From assembly GCA_035577325.1 (NCBI GenBank), contig DATLVQ010000838.1, forward strand, positions 1 through 36,840: 36,840 nt of DNA. The letters run 5' to 3'. Below the pieces are notes generated by a model that was not told where the DNA came from, did not search any database, and saw only the letters and a list, made by a program, of their open reading frames with translations. This stretch comes from Bryobacteraceae bacterium. GTDB lineage: Bacteria; Acidobacteriota; Terriglobia; Bryobacterales; Bryobacteraceae. Below, one piece after another: positions 1 through 8,130 of this stretch (within the stretch, counting starts at the first letter, position 1; each line of letters begins with the position of its first letter). The translations under genes were made by a program, and so were the position numbers.

Positions 1-2666
1 CAGTACCGGTATCGAAGTTCGGAGGGCTGGCAACGGCCTATGCGAACGAAAGCCTGCCGTCTGGGGTGTCTCCGGCCTTGCGGAATGTCCGCTTCACACT
101 TAACACAGTAGCAACGCGCTACGGATTGCGCTGGCAATATCCAGGCGGGTTTCAGTTGCCAGATCAGCAGCGCGTGACGGGCCTTAGCGTCCTCGTTCAA
201 TCGCAAGGAACCACGGTCTATATCCCGATCGCCTTCAGTTCTGCGGGAAACCTCTACATCGAGAGTCCCACGGGCAGCGGGCAATTGCTCGACCTGTTCT
301 CGACGCTGTTCACCCTGCCAGCGAACGCCTACAAGCAAGACACGCTCGTTGCTGGCCGTGAGTATATGGTCTTTGGAGACGGGCTGGTCGGTGTGGGAAC
401 GAACGCTACGTACGACGGCTCATTCCTTGATCCGATGACGCAATGGCCCGTAGGCGGCACGTGGCTCCCAAACACGCCATATCTAGAAGGCGACTGCGTT
501 ACCCCGGCCATCGGGAACAATCGGCTCTACCGGGCGCAGAATTCAGGAGTGACGGGCGCGGTAGAACCTGTATTCCCCACTGGCCAAGGATCAACCGTCG
601 TTGACAATCCGGGGCCATCTCAAATTACGTGGGTGGAGAACACGCCAGAGGTGTTCAATTGCCTCAGCGCCAACTGGTACGACCTGACGGATATCGTTGT
701 CCACGTAGGATTCGGTACACCTCCGGGGATTCCGGCTGGCTTGGACATTTACGCGGTCATAACGCTTGTTCAGAACGGCGGAGGCGTCGGAACGCCATCG
801 CCCATTCAACTCATCGTTGAAAACACTCCGATTCTTCCATCAATCGATGTGAACACGCTGGAATTCAACCACGGCGTAGGGGTTGACTGGCAATTAGGCC
901 TACCTGCTGAATTGCAGCCCTCCAAATACAATGTATACATTGCCACGGTGCCGACCGGGGCGGCACCTCCTGCGCTCGCGGATTTCCATTTCCAATTCCA
1001 GTTGCCGAATCTAGCGACTGGGTTCAATATGCAGTCGATTGGAAATACCGGAGGGCCTCCACCGGCTCCGAGCGCTTGGATAACCGGTCCCGGGACGGTG
1101 CCGAGTATCGGCTCCCGATTCTTTACGGTTTTGAATACGAACCGCGCGGGAAACATCAGCGGATTCAGCGGGCCTACTCTTGCAGCCGTCTTTGCGGTGA
1201 ACCCGCTGGCGCCGGATCGTGACATCCAAATCCGCAATCTACCGATTGGGCCTTCGAACGTCCTAAACCGGATCGTAGCGTTTACGCCGGCGGGGCAGGT
1301 GAGCGCGGGTCCGTTTTATTACATTGGTGAGACTAGCTTCGTCAACGGGACTTTGATTAGCTCGACCATCGTGCCTGGCAACACGGATGACGGAAACGGC
1401 GCGGTACCGATTACATTCAACTTCACGGATGAAGCGCTTCAGGAAGCCGACGTAACGAACTTCACGCGCAAGATTCGACTGCCTCCGCAACTCAACATCC
1501 GATACAGCAAGATTACTGACCGGCTCTTGGCTTGTGGCGAGGCCGGCCAGCCGACGCTGTTGCGTTGCTCCGAACCCGGAGACTACGGCACTTTCTACGG
1601 GGATACCGGATTTCAGTATTTTGGGAAGGATGACGGGCAACGGGTGTGGGGATCGCTCGATTGGAAGAACACGGTCTACGTCCTGAAAGAGCGCGGCGGA
1701 TGGGTCGCGTTGAACATCGCAGGGAACGATCCGATCAACTGGGTCCCGCAACAGCGATGGGATAAGGTAGGGCCGTGTGGGGCTCGAGCGTTCGACTCAT
1801 GCCCTGACTTCATCGCATTTGCGCATCGGTCGGGAGCCTATATCTATACCGGGACAGGCACTCCTGTCTGGATCAGCAAGGAAATCTCAACTCAGGCGCA
1901 AGGTTCTCCGGTTTCTCCGAACGCGACCGAGAATATGGAGACGTGGGACGGTATCAACTGGGCGTATGGGCACTTGATCTCAGTGACGATCGACTACGAG
2001 ACGCAGCGCATATTCTTCAGCGTTCCTTACGGTAATTCAACGCTGCCGAACATCACGTTTACTTGCAACTTCGCGCGGGGAATTGACGAGCCTGTTCACT
2101 ACGGTGCAATTGCTGGCTCGGATGTGGCATCACCGGCTCGCAAGTGGTCGATTGACGACTATGCAGTCCATTCGATTCTGCGTGCCGAGCGGCCGCTGAC
2201 ATCATTGAATCCGAATCTGCCGATTGATCCGCGGTTGGCGACAACGCAGTTGATGTTTGCTTCGTCGGATACCGATGGCGTCGTGAACATCGAAGTGCCA
2301 GACGTGTACGACGATAACGGAATAGGCATTAACGACTTCTACGAGTGCGCCTCGCACCAAGGACCAGGGTCGGTCAACCGCTTTGGCGGTTGCAGTTTGG
2401 GAATCAAAGGAAACGGGAAGGTTCAGGTTTCCTATGTTCCTTTCAATGAAACTCCGGTGCAGATGGGGAATCCGCTGGACTTGGTTCTGAATCCCAAGAA
2501 CACATATCGCAAGCAGACGAAAACTCTCGGACTTCAATTCGGTGTTCGGATAGGAACGGGCGGTCAGTCGCCGGGCGCGTGGTGGGAGATGTGGGACCTG
2601 AAACTGTTTATGAAGGACCTGTACCCGGCAAACACCAAGGCAGACCCAGGGAATTCAGGGGAGTAG
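1..2666 (+). CDS. large virion structural protein (tail tube/fibre-like); 5' end probably outside the window
   Basis: The track ORF 66-2666 starts at GTG, but the same frame (codons phased from nt 3) is open to the window edge and no SD precedes nt 66. It is the first gene of a + strand block that ends in terminase. It contains a fibre-type motif (NRLYRAQNSGVTGAVEPVFPTGQGSTVVDNPGPSQITW). No enzymatic motifs were seen. Confidence 0.55.
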   Translation, partial: VPVSKFGGLATAYANESLPSGVSPALRNVRFTLNTVATRYGLRWQYPGGFQLPDQQRVTGLSVLVQSQGTTVYIPIAFSSAGNLYIESPTGSGQLLDLFSTLFTLPANAYKQDTLVAGREYMVFGDGLVGVGTNATYDGSFLDPMTQWPVGGTWLPNTPYLEGDCVTPAIGNNRLYRAQNSGVTGAVEPVFPTGQGSTVVDNPGPSQITWVENTPEVFNCLSANWYDLTDIVVHVGFGTPPGIPAGLDIYAVITLVQNGGGVGTPSPIQLIVENTPILPSIDVNTLEFNHGVGVDWQLGLPAELQPSKYNVYIATVPTGAAPPALADFHFQFQLPNLATGFNMQSIGNTGGPPPAPSAWITGPGTVPSIGSRFFTVLNTNRAGNISGFSGPTLAAVFAVNPLAPDRDIQIRNLPIGPSNVLNRIVAFTPAGQVSAGPFYYIGETSFVNGTLISSTIVPGNTDDGNGAVPITFNFTDEALQEADVTNFTRKIRLPPQLNIRYSKITDRLLACGEAGQPTLLRCSEPGDYGTFYGDTGFQYFGKDDGQRVWGSLDWKNTVYVLKERGGWVALNIAGNDPINWVPQQRWDKVGPCGARAFDSCPDFIAFAHRSGAYIYTGTGTPVWISKEISTQAQGSPVSPNATENMETWDGINWAYGHLISVTIDYETQRIFFSVPYGNSTLPNITFTCNFARGIDEPVHYGAIAGSDVASPARKWSIDDYAVHSILRAERPLTSLNPNLPIDPRLATTQLMFASSDTDGVVNIEVPDVYDDNGIGINDFYECASHQGPGSVNRFGGCSLGIKGNGKVQVSYVPFNETPVQMGNPLDLVLNPKNTYRKQTKTLGLQFGVRIGTGGQSPGAWWEMWDLKLFMKDLYPANTKADPGNSGE

Positions 2667-2667
2667 T

Positions 2668-3615
2668 ATGGCCTCATCCGGTTTCGCTCTCAGCCCTGAC
2701 GTAATCAATGCCGCAGCGTACCGTGGCGACAAGGATGCGCTGTTCAGGGCGTTGAACGCCTGCTATCAAGGCATCGAAACAATCAGCCAAGAGATAGGCG
2801 TAAGCCCGGGCGTATCGAATGCGCCAACTTCCAGCGGTTCAGGAAGTAGCCAAGGGGCACCGCAGACGATGCCGTCGCCGCCTAACCCGCAGTTTGTGGT
2901 AACGGCGTATCAAGGCCTGTTCTCGGTTCAGATTGCCGTACCGCAGGAGTTGGTGGACCGGACTGCGCAGCCGTTGGGCACAGCTTCACAGCCGTTGCCG
3001 CTTGGGAAACCTGCTACTCCGGTAAACCTCGTTTCTTCGGCGCGGCAACGATACCGCCGGATTCTCTACGAGGTTCAGTACGCGACCGACGCGAATTACG
3101 ACGCAGGTGGAGGAGTAAACAAGCTCGGGCCGGATGATTCGCTGTTCTTCGTGGTTCCCGTGCTTCCCGGATCGTACTTTGTGCGGGTCCGGGCGAGGTA
3201 CCAAAATTCCAGCCCTACGCCGTGGGTAGCGATTGCCGCGCCGATTATCATTCCTTCGCTTGGGACGGTCGCCTCGGGCCTCGGTGAAGGGCTAACGACG
3301 GATGCGCTGCTTTTCACGTTTCCTGCTGTTCAGGGAGGCTATCAGATAGGCGGGTATATCAGCCTTCAGTCGGTTGCGGCCGGATCGATTCGGGTGCAAT
3401 TGGCTTACACGGATCCTCGCGGCGTGGCAAGGACTCAGGTATTTCGGCTGATGGATGACACCGGGGCGGATGGCGTATCGGCGTCTGTCGCAGGGGCCTA
3501 CAGCATCCTCGTGGGAGGAATAGCGGCAGCATCGGGAGACATCACGCTATCGGTTATCGGGACCGGGTTCGCTGGCGAGTACGACGCTTTCGGATGGTTA
3601 GTCCAGGTTGGTTGA
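2668..3615 (+). CDS. virion-associated protein, function unknown
   Basis: 315-aa ORF whose ATG lies 2 nt after the preceding stop. It has a Ser/Gly/Pro-rich linker followed by a beta-rich C-terminal half. The call rests on position only. Confidence 0.5.
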   Translation: MASSGFALSPDVINAAAYRGDKDALFRALNACYQGIETISQEIGVSPGVSNAPTSSGSGSSQGAPQTMPSPPNPQFVVTAYQGLFSVQIAVPQELVDRTAQPLGTASQPLPLGKPATPVNLVSSARQRYRRILYEVQYATDANYDAGGGVNKLGPDDSLFFVVPVLPGSYFVRVRARYQNSSPTPWVAIAAPIIIPSLGTVASGLGEGLTTDALLFTFPAVQGGYQIGGYISLQSVAAGSIRVQLAYTDPRGVARTQVFRLMDDTGADGVSASVAGAYSILVGGIAAASGDITLSVIGTGFAGEYDAFGWLVQVG

Positions 3616-3727
3616 AAACCGATTCCATAAATCGCCTGTCGATTTCTTGGCGCTCTTTGTTGAGAATGGCATCAACGCGGCGTAGGTTGGCTTTCCACCA
3701 CTTCATGTCTGCTTTGGTGAGGATCAT
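3554..3727 (-). CDS. small hypothetical protein (57 aa), third gene of the minus-strand cassette
   Basis: Hand translation gives MILTKADMKWWKANLRRVDAILNKERQEIDRRFMESVFNQPG... Its ATG overlaps the stop of the upstream 62-aa ORF as ATGA. It is below the track's size cutoff. Its last ~20 codons overlap the convergent 3' end of 2668-3615. Confidence 0.3.
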   Translation of the reverse strand: MILTKADMKWWKANLRRVDAILNKERQEIDRRFMESVFNQPGLTIRKRRTRQRTRSR

Positions 3728-3912
3728 ACCTGTGCGGTTCTCACCCGTAGACAGGTTTGGTATCTATATTGAGGTATTGTTGGAATTGCGCGAGCATCGT
3801 ACAAATCTCTATGGATAGATTCAATGTCTACCTCTCTCAGGTAAACCGCAGTGGGCTTTGGTTGCCCATGCTGTTCGAGCCAAGCGAGCCAGTTGAGGAA
3901 TCGGATCAGCAT
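3724..3912 (-). CDS. small hypothetical protein (62 aa)
   Basis: Track ORF whose ATG lies 6 nt after the stop of the 3919-4575 gene. It sits in a visibly AT-richer patch. No motif was recognised. Confidence 0.4.
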   Translation of the reverse strand: MLIRFLNWLAWLEQHGQPKPTAVYLREVDIESIHRDLYDARAIPTIPQYRYQTCLRVRTAQV

Positions 3913-3918
3913 GGCTAT

Positions 3919-4575
3919 TTATTTCTTGATGGTGGTGAAGCTCATTCCAGTTGTTGGGTCGTTAATAGTTTCAAGCGTTACCCCGGACAACTCAGCGTGC
4001 TTCGCTACCATCTTCGGATCGCACACGTGAGGATGCCATTCGGTGTTCGGATAGATTGGCCCTTCTGGATACGTGAAGGCGTTGCCGCCGAACTCGGTGC
4101 CCATCTTGCAGATCGTGACGCCGCAGTTGGAACAGGCATGAGGGCCATAGTAGACGATCTTGGAATTACGGAACGTTAACGGCGCGCGTGAGGGTTTCGG
4201 CGGCGGTGGCGGATCGTGAACTGGGCAGCGCTCTTCTTTGCCACGGTTTCTGGAATCGCAAAAGGCGCAGTGCCCAGCCGATGAGCCTGGGCTGCTTGAC
4301 GAAGGATAAACCAGTGGTGGTTCTTGATGGATTGGGTTAGGGGGCCGCACTTGATAGCTGCTTTCGGTTGCCAGTTGCCCTCCAGCGTTCGGAGAGATAG
4401 GCAGCGAGCCATCATGGATCGGACACCCAGACATCTGTACGACGCCGGGAACCGGGCAAGTGCAATTACTGACCTTGGGAAGAACATCATGCATCGGACA
4501 GGCTTTAGTACTTTTCGTTGACCCAAAGTCGCATGTACAACGACGGGGTCCAACTGATGGCGAAGGGAAAGACAT
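3919..4575 (-). CDS. Cys/His-rich protein with three C.C...CP[MIV]HD knuckle repeats, function unknown
   Basis: Track ORF 3919-4653. The internal ATG at 4575 (MSFPSPS...) is preceded by AAGGAG at about 5 nt, so it is preferred. The repeats are CTCDFGSTKSTKACPMHD, CTCPVPGVVQMSGCPIHD and CAFCDSRNRGKEERCPVHD. A fourth Cys/His cluster follows (HACSNCGVTICK...WHPHVC). Confidence 0.6.
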   Translation of the reverse strand: MSFPSPSVGPRRCTCDFGSTKSTKACPMHDVLPKVSNCTCPVPGVVQMSGCPIHDGSLPISPNAGGQLATESSYQVRPPNPIHQEPPLVYPSSSSPGSSAGHCAFCDSRNRGKEERCPVHDPPPPPKPSRAPLTFRNSKIVYYGPHACSNCGVTICKMGTEFGGNAFTYPEGPIYPNTEWHPHVCDPKMVAKHAELSGVTLETINDPTTGMSFTTIKK

Positions 4576-4718
4576 AGAATCTCCTTGCGTAAGTAGTGTG
4601 CGCCGGGCCTTCTTATTGCGGTCGGCTTGTCTCCACCCAGCCCTAGGGTTCACTGGGATAAAGCCCCTAGCCGCACTTAGGACGCAATCGGCGCACGAGA
4701 GAACTTTAACACAAAATC

Positions 4719-5132
4719 ATGCTTCGTCACCTCAAACCAGAAGATATCCCGTTTCTCCACGCCATCTACGACACGAACCGCGCGCGGGAGAATGCCAGCC
4801 TTCCCGCCGATTGCTGGCTGAAGGACCTTCCAGACCTGACGGACCCAAAGCAAACATTCGCGGCAGTCGTTGAACGCGATGGCCGGGTAACCGGAGCGCT
4901 GGTTTTCCATGCCGTGGCCGAAGTGATTTCGATTGCCGAGACGCCCGGAGACTTCCAAGAGCTGCTTCAAGGCAGCGAAGCGGTACGAGGCATTCTCGAC
5001 AAGGCGGGTGTCGGAAGGGTTTACGTTTTCGTACTCGACAAGCACAAGCGCTCTCAAGGTAGGGCTTTGAAGAAAGCCGGCTTCTTTCCGGTGGAGGACT
5101 TTTTGACGCCTTTTGTATTGGAGGTTCGTTAA
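4719..5132 (+). CDS. GNAT-like N-acetyltransferase (tentative)
   Basis: 137 aa. The N-terminal LRHLKPEDIPFLHAIY and C-terminal RSQGRALKKAGFFPVE resemble GNAT ends. The stop overlaps the next ATG as TAATG. Confidence 0.4.
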   Translation: MLRHLKPEDIPFLHAIYDTNRARENASLPADCWLKDLPDLTDPKQTFAAVVERDGRVTGALVFHAVAEVISIAETPGDFQELLQGSEAVRGILDKAGVGRVYVFVLDKHKRSQGRALKKAGFFPVEDFLTPFVLEVR

Positions 5133-6100
5133 TGCCACAGTCTACCGGATCAAAACAAGAAAAAGAACAGCTCGCTAAGAATAACCAGTACCAGCAGCAG
5201 GCCCTTCAAGGCCAGAACGAAGCGCTGGGCGAGTTCAATACCCAACTGGGGAAGGCGAGCGGCTACGTCGAGGGCCTGACGCCCAGCATTGGAAAGACCC
5301 AAACGTCTCTGGACAAGCAGCAGGCCGCTATTGATCCGCTGGCGCAGAGCGTTGACCGAGAGCAGGCTGACATTGATCCGCTGGCGGCGAGTGTTGATCA
5401 ACAGCAGGGCAGCGTCAACCGGCAGCAGGGCGCGGTGGACAAGCAGCAAAGCTACGTCGATGCGCTGGGCGCTCATCCGGGGTATTCCGATGCCGAAGTA
5501 GCCGCGATGAAGGCGAACGCCGCAGGCCAGACGCATGCGGCTTACGGCGGGGCTATCGACGCAATCAAGCAGGGTTCGGCCAACTCCGGCGGGAATGCGG
5601 GAGAATACACCCAACTGGGGCAATTAGCTCAGAATCGAGCGATCGCGGCGAACAGTGGAGCGAACAATATCGACGCCAAGGCCGCGGATGCCGCGCTGCA
5701 AGAGCGCGAATTGCTTCCGGGGCAGCAGGCGGGCGTTGTCGGCTCTCAGGGACAGGTTACGCAGGGGCAGCAGGGTGTCACTCAGGGCCGTCAGGGAGTC
5801 GTGGGAGCGCAGCAGGGTGTCACTCAGGGCCGTGCGGGCGTCGTAGGTGCTCAACAGGGAGTAACGGCAGGCCAATCGAACATCACTCACGATCTCGGCT
5901 CTCAGGCGTCGTTACAGCAGGGCGTGGCCGGAGAAGCGTTCCAGCCGGCGAACCTCTACGGCAATGAATTTAGCCAGTTGGGTTCGAACAATACCAGCCT
6001 CATCAACGGAATGCCGAAGCAGAGTTTCTTGCAGCAATTGGCCCTTCAGGGAATGCAAAGCGCTGGGCAGGTAGGCGCAGCGGCAGCGGGTAAACCTTAA
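5132..6100 (+). CDS. Gln-rich repeat protein; internal virion (ejection) protein candidate
   Basis: 322 aa of low complexity, with QQGVTQGR.GVVGA repeats and D.QQ..IDPLA repeats. It is the first of three coupled large ORFs upstream of terminase. Confidence 0.45.
   Translation: MPQSTGSKQEKEQLAKNNQYQQQALQGQNEALGEFNTQLGKASGYVEGLTPSIGKTQTSLDKQQAAIDPLAQSVDREQADIDPLAASVDQQQGSVNRQQGAVDKQQSYVDALGAHPGYSDAEVAAMKANAAGQTHAAYGGAIDAIKQGSANSGGNAGEYTQLGQLAQNRAIAANSGANNIDAKAADAALQERELLPGQQAGVVGSQGQVTQGQQGVTQGRQGVVGAQQGVTQGRAGVVGAQQGVTAGQSNITHDLGSQASLQQGVAGEAFQPANLYGNEFSQLGSNNTSLINGMPKQSFLQQLALQGMQSAGQVGAAAAGKP
5768..5875 (+). repeat. 42-nt (14-aa) tandem coding repeat, about 2.5 copies
   Basis: cagcagggtgtcactcagggccgt recurs at 5768 and 5810. 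The protein reads QQGVTQGRQGVVGA / QQGVTQGRAGVVGA / QQGVTAGQ. Confidence 0.8.
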
Positions 6101-6105
6101 AAGCT

Positions 6106-8130
6106 ATGGCCGACACACTAGGACAACTCGGCTCCGATCCGAGCACGCAGACCCAGCAGAAACTACCGCCGTGGCTCATGACGGCCTATCAGGACGGCCT
6201 AATCACGCCCGAGATGCTCCAAGGCCAATCCCCATCGGTTCCTGACGCCACAATCCCCACAGACGAAGAATCCTTCCTTCAAGGCGCATCCAAGGTCCAG
6301 CAGCAGCCGGGTCTTGGCGCCGAAGTCCCGCCGCCACCTTCGACAGCAACCCCTGCTGCTACGCCGGGAGGGTTGGGCCAGTTGTCTCCGAAAGCCGCGA
6401 GTCCAGTCAGCATTCCGATGGTCGAAGCGCCACACATGAAGACCGAAGCGGACATTGAAAAGGAGCATATCGCCCTCGGAGCGCGTCCCGCGTCGAATGC
6501 CGATCTCACAGACCCCAATGTACCGCAGGCTCATCACGGATGGCGCAAAGCTGGCGATGTTCTCGGAGGGATAGCGCTTGGCGCGGCCACGATGAACCCG
6601 ATGGCAGGCGTTGGGGCTTACAAGATGCTCTCAGGAGCACCTCTCCGGCAAGCGCAGGGCGCGTATGACTCGAAACTGCATCAATTGGGCGAGCGCTGGA
6701 ACCAGGCAAAGACCTTGGCCGATCAAGAAGAGCGGTTAGGCCAGATCAATGCGCCGATTCAGGAGCGCGCGCAAATCGCTAATGCGAAGTTGAACACGCC
6801 GAAGTCCAGTGACTTCAAGTACTCGTCTCCAATGGCGGAAGAGTTCGCTAATGGATGGCAGGAAGCCCGCGCAGCCGCGATTAAGCAGAATCCCGATGCT
6901 GACCCGGATGAGAACACGGTCGTTAAGAAGTGGCGCGACAAATACAACGATCAGTTGGAGCGCGATAAGGGCGCTGGCAAGCCGGGGGCCAAGGAAGGCG
7001 TTTGGAAGCCCGAGCCGGGCGGATTGCGTGCCGTCGTTTCTCCTGATGGGCATGTGATAACCGAAGGCGATGCTCGCCTTGATCTACCGGAGAATGCCGA
7101 AGGGAAAAAACTGATTGAGTCGATCGTGGCGCAACAGAATCGCAAGCCGGAAGGCATGAAACAAGCGTCTTACGATGACTTTATTTCTGCCGGTGGCAAA
7201 AATCTTCCAGGGGCGGAGGGTAAGGCTTACCCAGCGAACCATCTTGGGTTTGATCGCTATCAGAACGACCTCGGCATTGGTAAGCAGCAAACCATCCTCA
7301 ATATTAAAACCGATGCTGAACAAGCTGCGGCACAAGGAAGGAACGCTCCGGTCTTCGTCGGTGCCGACAACCGACCACTGACGGGAGAGGCGTATCTAGC
7401 GAAACTCCCCCCGGGCCGGGCCGCTCAGATTCGAGCCTTTGCCGAAGGACGCACTACCAGCCTGCCGCGCGGCAAGGAATTGCTCGCCTTCAAGGATCAG
7501 GTAGCGCAGTACGATCCTGAATGGAGCGAGCAACGCGCACAAATCCGCAAGGCATTTACAACCGGTGCGGATGGCCGCAATATCGGCGCTTTGAACACGG
7601 CTACGGTCCACATGGATCAGCTTGCCGATGCAGCGAAGGCTTTGAAGAACGGTTCGTTCGTACCTGGCAATGAGGTTTACAACAAGGTAGCTTCGTGGTT
7701 TGGTTCGGCCCCGCCAAACAACTTCAATGCCCTAAAAGAAGCTGTTGCGGGTGAAATGGCGAACGCATTGAAGGGGAACGCAACCGATCCTGAGATCGCC
7801 CACATTTCTAAGACGATTCTAAGCTCTGGATCACCCGAGCAGTTGGCGGGTGTCATCAACACGAACCTCCACACACTGGGAGCGAAACTGAACACCTATC
7901 AAGAGCGCTACCGTCAGCAGATTCCTAACGACACGGTATGGTCGCCGGTGCTGCCATCAGCGCGCGCAGTCTACGACAAACATGGGATCAACCCCACGGC
8001 TGGACCGCAGAATGGCCCACCTCCACCCAACGCTGGACAATTTGACGTTAAGGACCCGCGTGGTGTGATTCACCACTTCCCGAATCAAGCCGCAGCTGAT
8101 GCATTCAAGAAAGCAGCCGGGATCAAATAA
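6106..8130 (+). CDS. internal virion (ejection) protein candidate, 674 aa
   Basis: Long ORF with no recognisable enzymatic motif. It sits between the Gln-rich protein and the 1362-aa protein. Sizes and order (322/674/1362 aa) recall T7 gp14/15/16. Confidence 0.4.
   Translation: MADTLGQLGSDPSTQTQQKLPPWLMTAYQDGLITPEMLQGQSPSVPDATIPTDEESFLQGASKVQQQPGLGAEVPPPPSTATPAATPGGLGQLSPKAASPVSIPMVEAPHMKTEADIEKEHIALGARPASNADLTDPNVPQAHHGWRKAGDVLGGIALGAATMNPMAGVGAYKMLSGAPLRQAQGAYDSKLHQLGERWNQAKTLADQEERLGQINAPIQERAQIANAKLNTPKSSDFKYSSPMAEEFANGWQEARAAAIKQNPDADPDENTVVKKWRDKYNDQLERDKGAGKPGAKEGVWKPEPGGLRAVVSPDGHVITEGDARLDLPENAEGKKLIESIVAQQNRKPEGMKQASYDDFISAGGKNLPGAEGKAYPANHLGFDRYQNDLGIGKQQTILNIKTDAEQAAAQGRNAPVFVGADNRPLTGEAYLAKLPPGRAAQIRAFAEGRTTSLPRGKELLAFKDQVAQYDPEWSEQRAQIRKAFTTGADGRNIGALNTATVHMDQLADAAKALKNGSFVPGNEVYNKVASWFGSAPPNNFNALKEAVAGEMANALKGNATDPEIAHISKTILSSGSPEQLAGVINTNLHTLGAKLNTYQERYRQQIPNDTVWSPVLPSARAVYDKHGINPTAGPQNGPPPPNAGQFDVKDPRGVIHHFPNQAAADAFKKAAGIK

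Noticed and set aside
3757-4179. 140-aa + strand ORF overlapping the minus-strand cassette
   Set aside because: It spans the gap between two minus-strand genes that have better start signals (SD, coupling) and more protein-like sequences. It has no SD and an odd composition.
5150-5623. 157-aa antisense ORF in the Gln-rich gene
   Set aside because: CAG/CTG-rich repeats keep the opposite strand open, and no independent signals are present.
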